NCBI GenBank assembly: GCA_026414225.1
Contig: JAOAJK010000013.1
Location: 16,536-40,535, forward strand
DNA length: 24,000 nt
Direction: 5' to 3'
Source of the DNA: Thermoplasmata archaeon
GTDB taxonomy: Archaea > Thermoplasmatota > Thermoplasmata > Lutacidiplasmatales > SKW197
In this document: piece by piece, positions 15,904 to 24,000 of the stretch
Layout: every line of letters begins with the position of its first letter
How positions within the stretch are numbered: position 1 is the first letter of the stretch
Program-made: the position numbers and the translations under genes
The notes under the pieces: generated by a model
Told to the model about the DNA's origin: nothing
What the model saw: the letters and a program-made list of their open reading frames with translations, nothing else
The model's database searches: none

Positions 15904-18508
15904 GATTGTTGGCGAAAGCAAAAAGGAGATTTCGAATAAAGAACCACCACAATACGAGTATCTAGCACCCCATGAATGGTCATCTAAAGAGGGGTTTGAA
16001 CTTTTTAAAAAGACAATAGAGTCGTCAAAAATTTTTGATGTTTACATTTCTAAAAATGCGGAAGAAAAGATTCTCCTCCATGCAATGAAGTACAAATCCC
16101 AGAACCTCGAAGTGATGGGATTCCTTCTGGGCGATGTGTACAAATACGACGGAAAGGTGTACACAGTTGTCCGGGACATTGTGACCTCAGACCTTGATGC
16201 CAGTGCCGTTCATGTGAAATTTGACAAGGAGGGTTATGAGAAACTGTTTGAACAGCTGGATGAAATTCCATTTGATTACATTCTGGTTGGCTGGTATCAC
16301 TCACATCCCGGCCACACATGTTTTCTCTCCAGCACCGACATTTCAACCCAGACCAAGATGTTTCCGCATGAATATCACTGTGCAATCGTAGTAGACCCGA
16401 TAAACGAAGAGTTTGCGGTCTTTGGTGTCAGGAACATGGATTATTACTCCCGTCCCTATGCAATTTTCTGGGAGGAATTGCAGAAACCATATGACTGCGG
16501 AAAATGGAAACCGGAAATGGGAAAAATTCAGTATCCTGTCAAAAAGAAAAAGATGCTGAAGAAGAAGGAGCACTCTGATGAGGATTCCAAGGTGTGTCCC
16601 AGATGCAAGGCAGAAGTGAGTTTTGCAGAAGCCATCTGCCCGAACTGCAAGTATGAGTTTGAGATGCCTAGCATAGAGGATTCCCTCGCTACCCTTAGCG
16701 AAAAGTACAGAGAACTGGAAAACCTGAAAAATGAGCTTGCTGCAAGGGAGGAAGCCCTCAAAACCAAAGAAAGTGACCTTTATGTCTGGGAAGAGGACCT
16801 TAAGATGCGGGAAAACAAACTCCAGGAAAACTATTCGGATATTAACAAGAAAATTGCGGAACTCACAGAATGGGAGAACTGGTTGAAGGCAGAGGAAGAG
16901 AGAATTAAACAGATTGGAATTGAGTTAAACGCAAAGGTGCAGGCGTTTGATGCAATGTCCCAGGACCTCAGGAAGCGCGAAGAAAACCTGACAGTCCAGA
17001 TGTACCAGCTCGAGATGGAACGGAATGCATTGAATGCAAAGTTTGAAGAACTGAGGCAATGGGAGGAGCGTTTAAAGGAAGCCCAGGAATACCCGCAAAA
17101 CATTGCAACCATGCCTGAGGAGATGCGGAAGAAGATAGAGGCGGATTTAAAGGAGCTGAGACAGATACGGGAGGAACTGCGGATAAAGGAGAAGGAGTTG
17201 AATTTAAAAGAAAAATGGATTCTCGATGCAATCCAATCCCTTAAAGAAGAAACAGGGGAGAAGGAAAAAGTTGAGAAATTTATAAAACTAATGGAGGAAC
17301 TGGAAAGAGAAAAGAGAGAAGTTGACACCAAGGCAACAGAGCAGGCAGCGATGGGGGCCATGCTGGCTGAGAAGGAAAAGCTATTCAAGGAGAAGGAGGA
17401 ATGGCTCAAGGCGGAGGAGGACCGCGCCCGTGTGCTTGCTGCAGAGCTGGAAGAAAAGGAAAGACAGCTCAATCAGATGCTTGCAGAAACCTCCGAAAAG
17501 AACGAAGAAATAGACCGTATGAAGATTGCACTTTCCAAGGCAATCGAGCAGACAAATGCAAAAGCCATTGAACTGAACGAAGCCAAGGAAAGATTGAAGA
17601 AGGAAGAAAACGATGTGATCCGTGTCAAGCAAGAACTGGAAACTCGCAGAGTCGCAATAGAGGATAAGGAAAAAGTGCTTTATGAGAAGGAAGAATTTAT
17701 CAGAAGCGAGGAGGAAAAACTGAAGGCAATGAACCTGAGATTGATGGAAAAAGATAGGGAGTTGCGGGAAAGAGAGGCCTTGGTTTCAGAACAGGAAAAA
17801 GTCATGGCGGAAGAGCGTGCCCGGATGGAGGAAGCGAGGAAAGAATACAATCAGCGTGTGGATAAAATCACAAGGTATGAGGCGACGCTCACCGAACGGG
17901 AGAGAACTTTTGCAGAGAAAGAGGAGTATATTGAGAGAAAAATTGTGGAGCTGGAAGGACGGGAGCGGGAGTTAAATGAGCGAGAGGAAAATGTGAAGAA
18001 GAAGGAGGAGGAGATTGCGAAAGACCTTGCTGTTATCGATGAGATGGGAAAGGAATTTGCTACCAGAAAGAAACAGATGGATGAACTTGAAGCAACGATC
18101 ACTGCGAAAAAAGAAGAGGTGGAGCAGGAAAAGAAGAATGTGGATGCCATGCTTCACGAAATAGAGCTAAAGACCCAGGCGGTTATTGAGGAAAAGAGCA
18201 ATATTGAAGCGGAAAAGGAGACCCTCAAACGGATGCGGGGAGAACTCGAAACTGCAATTGTTGATCTGGCCGGAAAAAAACTACCGCCAGATGCTCTTAA
18301 AGCTGAAATTGTGAGGGAAGTTGTGGAGAGGGTAGAGAAGGAACTCGCACCAGCAGTCAAGAAATTCCTGGAAGTAAAATCCAATGCTGAAAAGGTAATG
18401 GAGAAACTGAAGAAGCAGAAGGAAGAAATTCTCAAGGAGAAAGAGGAAGCCGAGGAAATTCTGAGAAAGCTTGAGAAAAAGGGATTTAAAAAGACCCAGG
18501 GAGGTTAA
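15884..18508 (+). CDS. JAMM/MPN+ metalloprotease (Rpn11/CSN5-like deubiquitinase) fused to a zinc ribbon and a ~600-aa coiled coil
   Basis: 'EVMGFLLGDVYKYDGKVYTVV...FDYILVGWYHSHPGHTCFLSSTDISTQTKMFPHEYHCAIVVDP' has the full E...HxHP(x)nSxxD signature. Zn ribbon 'CPRCKAEVSFAEAICPNCKYEFEM', then continuous Glu/Lys-rich heptad-like sequence to the end. ORF track start is 15854; ATG 15884 (MAREKPKIV) has a GGAGG ribosome-binding site and is preferred. Confidence 0.92.
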   Translation: MAREKPKIVGESKKEISNKEPPQYEYLAPHEWSSKEGFELFKKTIESSKIFDVYISKNAEEKILLHAMKYKSQNLEVMGFLLGDVYKYDGKVYTVVRDIVTSDLDASAVHVKFDKEGYEKLFEQLDEIPFDYILVGWYHSHPGHTCFLSSTDISTQTKMFPHEYHCAIVVDPINEEFAVFGVRNMDYYSRPYAIFWEELQKPYDCGKWKPEMGKIQYPVKKKKMLKKKEHSDEDSKVCPRCKAEVSFAEAICPNCKYEFEMPSIEDSLATLSEKYRELENLKNELAAREEALKTKESDLYVWEEDLKMRENKLQENYSDINKKIAELTEWENWLKAEEERIKQIGIELNAKVQAFDAMSQDLRKREENLTVQMYQLEMERNALNAKFEELRQWEERLKEAQEYPQNIATMPEEMRKKIEADLKELRQIREELRIKEKELNLKEKWILDAIQSLKEETGEKEKVEKFIKLMEELEREKREVDTKATEQAAMGAMLAEKEKLFKEKEEWLKAEEDRARVLAAELEEKERQLNQMLAETSEKNEEIDRMKIALSKAIEQTNAKAIELNEAKERLKKEENDVIRVKQELETRRVAIEDKEKVLYEKEEFIRSEEEKLKAMNLRLMEKDRELREREALVSEQEKVMAEERARMEEARKEYNQRVDKITRYEATLTERERTFAEKEEYIERKIVELEGRERELNEREENVKKKEEEIAKDLAVIDEMGKEFATRKKQMDELEATITAKKEEVEQEKKNVDAMLHEIELKTQAVIEEKSNIEAEKETLKRMRGELETAIVDLAGKKLPPDALKAEIVREVVERVEKELAPAVKKFLEVKSNAEKVMEKLKKQKEEILKEKEEAEEILRKLEKKGFKKTQGG

Positions 18509-18509
18509 G

Positions 18510-19343
18510 ATGACAGCCAATAAGGTATTGAAGGTGGGAATGCATGACGAGGACATGTTTGATAGAGAAAAGAGAATTCCATGGATCAAATTCAATTTAC
18601 TCCAGAAAAGTAAGGTGCTTGTGGTGGGTGCAGGTGCCCTTGGCAATGAGGTGGGGAAAAACCTGGTTCTCTCAGGTTTCAAGAATATCTCAATAGTGGA
18701 CATGGATAAAATTGTGAAATCCAATTTAAGCAGATGTGCTCTTTTCCGAATTGAAGATGCAGAGAAAGGGCTGCTCAAGGCAGAAGTCCTTGCCAGAGAG
18801 CTGAAAAAACTGGATAAAACCGTGAGGGTTTCCTGGTACTCCAAACCAATTCAGGAACTCCCAGAGGATTTTCTCAAGGAGTTTGACATTATCTTCGGAT
18901 GCCTGGACAACATCATGGCGAGGTTATACATCAACTCCCACGCATACTATTACGGAATTCCCCTGGTAGATGGAGGCACACTCGGTACATCTGGAAAGGT
19001 TCAGGTGGTACTGCCTCCCAGAACCGCATGTATAGAATGCGGAATGAACAAAACCCATTTCAAAAATCTGGAGCAAATCTTTTCTTGCTCGGGAAGGGAG
19101 GATGTGACAATCTACTCTCCGAAGCTGCCAGCGGAAATTACTACTACTGCTGTGATTTCAGCGCTCCAGGTACTCTCAGGAATAAAGATAATCTCAAAAC
19201 AGTATGACTCCCTCCCCTACAACCTGATTTACTATGATGGATACCGGAATGTGTTTGAGGTCCTTGAAGTTCCCCTGAATAGTCACTGTCCCAACCACAT
19301 AACCCAGCCAACAAAACCAAAGAAGGAGAAAAAGAGGAAATAA
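18510..19343 (+). CDS. E1/ThiF-superfamily ubiquitin-activating-like enzyme (adenylation domain only)
   Basis: Start ATG 18510 preceded by GGGAGGTTAAG. 'VLVVGAGALGNEVGKNLVLSGFKNISIVDMDKIVKSNLSRCALFR', 'IIFGCLDNIMARLYIN', 'GGTLGTSGKVQVVLPPRTACIECGMN', 'IFSCSGRED' (candidate catalytic Cys193, nt 19086-19088), and terminal 'SHCPNH'. Confidence 0.93.
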   Translation: MTANKVLKVGMHDEDMFDREKRIPWIKFNLLQKSKVLVVGAGALGNEVGKNLVLSGFKNISIVDMDKIVKSNLSRCALFRIEDAEKGLLKAEVLARELKKLDKTVRVSWYSKPIQELPEDFLKEFDIIFGCLDNIMARLYINSHAYYYGIPLVDGGTLGTSGKVQVVLPPRTACIECGMNKTHFKNLEQIFSCSGREDVTIYSPKLPAEITTTAVISALQVLSGIKIISKQYDSLPYNLIYYDGYRNVFEVLEVPLNSHCPNHITQPTKPKKEKKRK

Positions 19344-19354
19344 AATTTTTAAAT

Positions 19355-21100
19355 TTATTCAAACCCTGGTGGGAGATATTCGCCAGGTTTCTGGTGCCAT
19401 GCGACGCTCTTCCCTTTCTTCTTCTTCCTCTTCTCTTTCCACTCTGGAATCTTGTGTCTTAGATAGAAATACCAGAGCAGGAAGACCACGAGGACTGTAA
19501 TAACCACCGCTGCAACGATGTATGGCGTGTAGTCGGGCGGTGGCGGCGGCACCTCGGTCATTTTCTGCTTTACCTGTGAGTCAGCATATAGCTCTGTTAT
19601 GCATATGACCCTTAGCTTGAAGAAGTATGTGGTCCCTGGCTGAAGTCCGCCCACTTCTTTATATGTGGTGTCTTTATTGGTAATTACATACCTTTTCTCT
19701 GCATTCTGGGGGTTAGTGGAAATTGTATTGAGATTAGAATCGCAGTAGAGTTCGTATCTCGCGAAGTCGGGTGCAGTGGATGCAGACCAGGTCACATTCA
19801 TCGATGTGGTTGTGACATCAAAAAAGCCAAAAATTTCACAGGGCTGGGGTTTGATTGCCTTTGGATTGTCAAACATGTAAACTCCAGCCGGATTATCTGT
19901 TACTCTGTATGCTGCACCCAGCGCTATGCGACTTCCATCATCGCGGCTCATATCTATGCTGCTCACCAGATCGAAGTCAGTGGAAAGTTCGATGCTGCGG
20001 AACGGTTTATGCACAGGCACATAAATCAGCCACATGTTCTTTGCAGTGGCGACGACAATGTAATTTCCGTCTTTGTCCATGAACGCATTTACAATTGTGT
20101 TGTTATCAGGTGTGGTCCAGTTCCATTTGAACCTCTTCGAGAATTCCATTGTGGAAAAATCGAGGAATGTAATCTGTTTTCCGACCGCCACAAAGCCCTC
20201 ACTGCCCGAATAATTCATAGAAGTGGCTACTGCGTCTCTGATTCCATCAACCCTCCATACCTCCTTGTTCTGGGTCTGGATGAATTTCAGAATTGCATTA
20301 TTGGTGCAGACCATGATAACGGTGCCATCATCGGACATCTTCATTGCGGTAATTCTAGAAAGATAACCTGAACCAAGGATGTCTCTCAAGCGGTCTGTCT
20401 GCCACTTCGGGCCATAAGGGCTATCCCTCTCGTAGAGTTCAAGCCGCACATAGGTGTCTGACTCGGAGACACCGACCACAAAGAATTTACCATCGTAGGA
20501 AGCGGAAAGTCCGTACTTGGCTCTCGCATCGGAAAAACCTGTCTGGTAGTTCCAGAGTTCAGTGCCTGTTTCTACATTGTACATTGAGACATTGTATTTC
20601 CATGTGTTCGACCATCTGTAATAGTAAGTGACCATCAGCAGTTTGCCATCCGCAGAAATATCAAAACCAGTTATATTGCCAGGTCTCGGCTGGGAGACAT
20701 TCCATCCATATTGAGGCGGTTGATTCGGGGAGTAGATGCGGAAAGGTGTCTGCATATCCTGTCTGTAAATCCTGACTGCTCCTCTATCGGAAACGAATAG
20801 CAGCGGCGGGTCTGCCTTCTTTGCAATCTTTATGCCCGTAATGTCAGCACCGTACAACCATGTTCTCACGAGGCTACCCGTGTCCGCCTCAAACAGATAT
20901 ACATTGTTTGCGTAATCGTAGGCACCAATGTATTTGGCGTCATCAGTGATAGAAATCCCTTTTACAGTGCTGTTTGTCTCGTACTTCCAGGTCCATTCGA
21001 GAGCATAGCCACCTTCTGCATTTCTGGGGGCACTATGGGGGTAAACCCCGCTTATCATTATCCAAATCAGCATAAGAACTACGATTCTGCCCGCTTTCAT
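19355..21100 (-). CDS. Exported membrane-anchored beta-propeller (WD40/PQQ-like) + fibronectin type III protein
   Basis: 581 aa. N-terminal signal-like 'IVVLMLIWIMISGVYPHSAP', repeated '...DISADGKLLMVTYYY', 'SASYDGKFFVVGV', 'KMSDDGTVIMVC', 'SMDRDDGSRIALG' blades. Fn3 'TTSMNVTWSASTAPDFARYELYCD...YKEVGGLQPGTTYFFKLRVI', C-terminal TM 'YIVAAVVITVLVVFLLWYFYL' and a KR-rich tail. Confidence 0.82.
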   Translation of the reverse strand: MKAGRIVVLMLIWIMISGVYPHSAPRNAEGGYALEWTWKYETNSTVKGISITDDAKYIGAYDYANNVYLFEADTGSLVRTWLYGADITGIKIAKKADPPLLFVSDRGAVRIYRQDMQTPFRIYSPNQPPQYGWNVSQPRPGNITGFDISADGKLLMVTYYYRWSNTWKYNVSMYNVETGTELWNYQTGFSDARAKYGLSASYDGKFFVVGVSESDTYVRLELYERDSPYGPKWQTDRLRDILGSGYLSRITAMKMSDDGTVIMVCTNNAILKFIQTQNKEVWRVDGIRDAVATSMNYSGSEGFVAVGKQITFLDFSTMEFSKRFKWNWTTPDNNTIVNAFMDKDGNYIVVATAKNMWLIYVPVHKPFRSIELSTDFDLVSSIDMSRDDGSRIALGAAYRVTDNPAGVYMFDNPKAIKPQPCEIFGFFDVTTTSMNVTWSASTAPDFARYELYCDSNLNTISTNPQNAEKRYVITNKDTTYKEVGGLQPGTTYFFKLRVICITELYADSQVKQKMTEVPPPPPDYTPYIVAAVVITVLVVFLLWYFYLRHKIPEWKEKRKKKKGKSVAWHQKPGEYLPPGFE

Positions 21101-21195
21101 TTAATCACCACTGAGAGGATTACTTATGGGTATTTATAACTTTCTTGGATTGACTTCAGAAAGGAATTAATAGTTTTCGGGATTATCATTGTTTG

Positions 21196-23766
21196 ATGAG
21201 TGTATCCCTTAATCTACCGCCAGCATTCGTGGACAGAAAGAGAGAAATATCTCACCTGGATAAATTCGTAGAGAATGTATTTAGTGGTGCGGGGAGTGTG
21301 CTGCTGATTCAAGGAGAGGGAGGTGTGGGAAAAACCCGATTGCTGGAAGAAGTGAAAAGGATGGCCGGGGAAAAAGGGTTTTATGTTTTACCCTCCAAGT
21401 GTTTACCTGGCACCACCTCCCCCCTCTCCCCTTTCTACGAGGCCCTCAAATTTGTAAACCTGGAACACCTTCTTGTAGAAAGCTCCCCGAATTTGGATGC
21501 CCTTTATGTTGTGAACAAGGGGGGCATAATCCTCTCGAAATACGAGAAGACAGTGAAGAACATAGACCCCGACATCTTTCTTGGAATGGTCACAGCGGTG
21601 GAGAACTTCATAAGGGATTCGATGACCCAGATTGCCGGAAAAGAGCAGGTCGAAATTGAAGAAAAGCTGGGAGTGATGAGGCACGGAGAATTCACAATCG
21701 TGAACATGCCTGGCAAAAACATAAACCTGGTTGCCCTTGTTGAGGGCGTTGAAAACGAGTACCTGCTGGATGACATGGGCCGCCTGATTGAGAGAATAGA
21801 AGCAATCTCGGATGCCTCCGAGGGGATGCACGCTGAACTGGAAGAAATGCTCAGGGCACTCGTGGAATCTGATAAGTATACGCGGATTGCTCTGGAAACG
21901 GTGGACAGAAGGACTGGCATTTTTGAGAATGTGCTCCTAGGAATCAAGAGAATCTCCTCGAGAAAACCAGTCCTGCTGGTTATCGATGACCTGCAGTGGG
22001 CGGACAGTTCATCGCTTTCCCTGCTCAATTATATAGGGCGAGACATTGCTGCAGAAAGGGTGGGTATAATATGTGCTGCAAGGTCAGATGAAATTCCAAC
22101 GGCTAGCATGCTCCCAGACATGATAGATGCAATGAGAACGGAGAACATATTGGAACTGCTCAATCTCGCGCCACTGGATAGGGGGGGTGTGGAGGAGTTG
22201 ATAGAACGTGTGCTGGGCGGGCATGTGGACGCTGGCTTCAAGGAAAGGGTCTACATCGAAGCTGAGGGCAATCCCCTATTTGTCATCGAACTTTTGAAGT
22301 ATCTTACGGATAAAGGGTTGCTCCGCAGAGAGGCGGAACTCTGGGTCTATGAGAAGGAAGAAATAAGGATACCCGAGAGAATTTATGAAATAATAAAGGA
22401 AAAAATCACCAGGTTGAATGCGGACGAGTTTGAGGTGCTTGAGACCGCTAGCGTGCTAGGAACCGAGTTTATAACTTCGTTGCTGGAAAAAATGGTGGAT
22501 ATGGACAGGATAAAACTGCTTAGGGCCCTCTCAAGAATCGAAAAAATTCACGGGTTGATAAAACAGGAAGGGGGCAAATACAGATTCGATCCCACCAAAA
22601 TCCGGGATGTGATATACGATGAGATGGGGTCGGAACTCAGGCAAGCCCTGCACGAAATGGTGGGGAAAATCCTGGAGGAGGAGTACAAAAAAGGAGACGA
22701 GGAAAAGATTCTTGGAGCCATTTATCACTACAGAAAAGCCGGATGTCTGGATAAATTAAAGGACTACGGACTCGTGGTTGCGGACAAACTCGCCGGGAGA
22801 TTTGCATATGATGAAGCTGTAGAGGTTTTAAAGGCACTTTATAATTCCCTTAACAGACACGATTTAAAGGAAAAAGAGATAGCAATGGCTGCCCTTGAAA
22901 AGATGATTGAAGTTTTGCTCTCGTCTGGACTTTATGAGGATGCAATGAAAGCGCTGGAGGAAAAAATTTCCCAGTCGGGAGATGGAGATGATAAAGCAGT
23001 CCAGACCCATGTAACACGTTCTGAGATATACTTAAAAATGGGTGAGCATGAAAAGGCGATGGAGAGCATAAACAGGGCGTTTGAATTGCTGGCTCGGACC
23101 CGTGGGACTTGCGCGCCTGAAATCGCAAGGATGCTCAGCATCAAGGGGTACATTCACGAGAGGGCAGGCAATTACCAGAACGCAATTGAATGTCAGGAGA
23201 AAGCCCTGGAGTTGTTCAGTAAGGAGAGAAAAGAAAAGGAGATTGCAACCTGCTATACCAGAATCGGTTCTACCCATTACTATCTGGGGAACTACGACGA
23301 GTGCATTGCGTGTTTAAGAATCGCTGAGGAAATTTTTGCCAGAAACAATGACAAGTATGGACTCTCCCAGGTGTATAACAATCTAGGAATGGTATACTAT
23401 GAACTGGAGGATTTCAGGAATGCAGAACGGTATCTCGAGAAAACTGTAGAACTGAAGGAAACGGTTCATGATATGGCAGGAATTGCAATTGCAAAAAACA
23501 ACCTTGGAAATGTTCATTTCGAAATGGGAAACCTGGAGAAGGCAATAGGGCTCTACATCGAAGCCAGGCGCCTCTGCAAGAAAACTGGAGATAAATGGAT
23601 GTTTGTTTACAACCAGATAGACCTTGCGGAGGCGTTTGCTGAAAAAGGAGACGAGATAAAATTTCGGTCAGCTATCGAGGAAGCCCTGAATGTGGCTTCA
23701 CAAATTGGGATGGAAAAAGAGGTAGTAGAGGCAAAAGAAGAAATGGAAAAAAGGTTCAGGCGTTGA
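21196..23766 (+). CDS. STAND-like AAA ATPase (AAA_16) with C-terminal TPR repeats, MalT/adenylate cyclase-like architecture without a recognisable DNA-binding domain
   Basis: Walker A 'GEGGVGKTRLL', Walker B 'KPVLLVIDDLQWADSSSLSLLNYI', arginine region 'AARSDEIP', TPR units such as 'ATCYTRIGSTHYYLGNYDECIACLRIAEEIF' and 'SQVYNNLGMVYYELEDFRNAERYLEKTVEL'. ORF track starts at TTG 21193; ATG 21196 is preferred. Confidence 0.88.
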   Translation: MSVSLNLPPAFVDRKREISHLDKFVENVFSGAGSVLLIQGEGGVGKTRLLEEVKRMAGEKGFYVLPSKCLPGTTSPLSPFYEALKFVNLEHLLVESSPNLDALYVVNKGGIILSKYEKTVKNIDPDIFLGMVTAVENFIRDSMTQIAGKEQVEIEEKLGVMRHGEFTIVNMPGKNINLVALVEGVENEYLLDDMGRLIERIEAISDASEGMHAELEEMLRALVESDKYTRIALETVDRRTGIFENVLLGIKRISSRKPVLLVIDDLQWADSSSLSLLNYIGRDIAAERVGIICAARSDEIPTASMLPDMIDAMRTENILELLNLAPLDRGGVEELIERVLGGHVDAGFKERVYIEAEGNPLFVIELLKYLTDKGLLRREAELWVYEKEEIRIPERIYEIIKEKITRLNADEFEVLETASVLGTEFITSLLEKMVDMDRIKLLRALSRIEKIHGLIKQEGGKYRFDPTKIRDVIYDEMGSELRQALHEMVGKILEEEYKKGDEEKILGAIYHYRKAGCLDKLKDYGLVVADKLAGRFAYDEAVEVLKALYNSLNRHDLKEKEIAMAALEKMIEVLLSSGLYEDAMKALEEKISQSGDGDDKAVQTHVTRSEIYLKMGEHEKAMESINRAFELLARTRGTCAPEIARMLSIKGYIHERAGNYQNAIECQEKALELFSKERKEKEIATCYTRIGSTHYYLGNYDECIACLRIAEEIFARNNDKYGLSQVYNNLGMVYYELEDFRNAERYLEKTVELKETVHDMAGIAIAKNNLGNVHFEMGNLEKAIGLYIEARRLCKKTGDKWMFVYNQIDLAEAFAEKGDEIKFRSAIEEALNVASQIGMEKEVVEAKEEMEKRFRR

Positions 23767-24000
23767 TTATTTCCTTCACGATTTCGTATCTTAGCGGGCA
23801 GCCCCAGTCCACGCCTGGACCACTTGGATGCCATATGAAATCGGGATGGGCCTGTGCATCTGCATTCGTGTTTTCGCTCCCGCCTTCCCAGGCGCCATCA
23901 GTTATTCCGTTGGCACTGAATTTTAGCCAGTATTTGTAGGTGAGTGTGAATGACTTTGTGCCCACATAGTCCTTCCAGACACCGTCATCTGCGAACCAGA
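23756..24000 (-). CDS. C-terminal end of a CDS running off the right edge; function unknown (Trp/Gly/Asp-rich, possibly extracellular)
   Basis: The frame is open to the window edge: ...WFADDGVWKDYVGTKSFTLTYKYWLKFSANGITDGAWEGGSENTNADAQAHPDFIWHPSGPGVDWGCPLRYEIVKEIINA*. It overlaps the end of the AAA-TPR gene convergently by 11 nt. Confidence 0.55.
   Translation of the reverse strand, partial: WFADDGVWKDYVGTKSFTLTYKYWLKFSANGITDGAWEGGSENTNADAQAHPDFIWHPSGPGVDWGCPLRYEIVKEIINA

Noticed and set aside
16831-17472. 213-aa and other long antisense ORFs (16050-18150, minus strand) inside the JAMM-coiled-coil gene
   Set aside because: Ser/Phe/Leu-rich translations are the expected mirror of a Glu/Lys-rich coiled-coil coding strand. 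No domain signature or separate RBS.
15361-18508. CBASS- or Bil-type antiphage interpretation of the E1/E2/JAMM genes
   Set aside because: No cGAS/DncV-like nucleotidyltransferase or CBASS effector is visible nearby, and E1 and E2 are separate proteins rather than the CBASS Cap2 fusion. The Ubl is a Zn ribbon/DUF835 fusion. A defence role cannot be excluded but is not supported by the sequence.
1-24000. CRISPR arrays, tRNA/rRNA genes, transposases or prophage genes
   Set aside because: I looked for regularly spaced repeats, cloverleaf-like segments and DDE/integrase motifs and saw none. The region reads as chromosomal core/accessory rather than mobile.

Overview
This 24 kb window looks archaeal (Euryarchaeota/Thermoplasmatota-like). 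I infer this from the DUF835-type domains, Bet3/V4R and roadblock genes, endonuclease Q, a bifunctional NAD(P)HX epimerase/dehydratase, GGAGG/GGTG ribosome-binding sites and TATA-type promoters. Most of the window is housekeeping or membrane functions: a partial radical SAM protein, threonine synthase, an MFS exporter, an HtpX-like M48 protease with a C-terminal extension, Nnr, roadblock, V4R, a Ca2+-type P-ATPase and endonuclease Q. The standout is a tight co-directional 4-gene cassette at ~14275-19343 that encodes an apparently complete eukaryote-like ubiquitin conjugation/deconjugation set without a visible E3: (1) a double zinc ribbon + DUF835-like + C-terminal ubiquitin-like (Ubl) protein ending in ...PEGGI; (2) an E2/UBC-fold enzyme with an HPN motif and candidate Cys102; (3) an Rpn11/CSN5-like JAMM (MPN+) protease fused to a zinc ribbon and a ~600-aa coiled coil; (4) a minimal E1/ThiF adenylating enzyme with a candidate crossover-loop Cys193. 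The cassette has a promoter-proximal 13-bp palindrome (AACGCTTAGCGTT) next to a TATA-like element. There is also a possible internal start that would make a free 80-aa Ubl. All calls come from reading the sequence; no database search was run.
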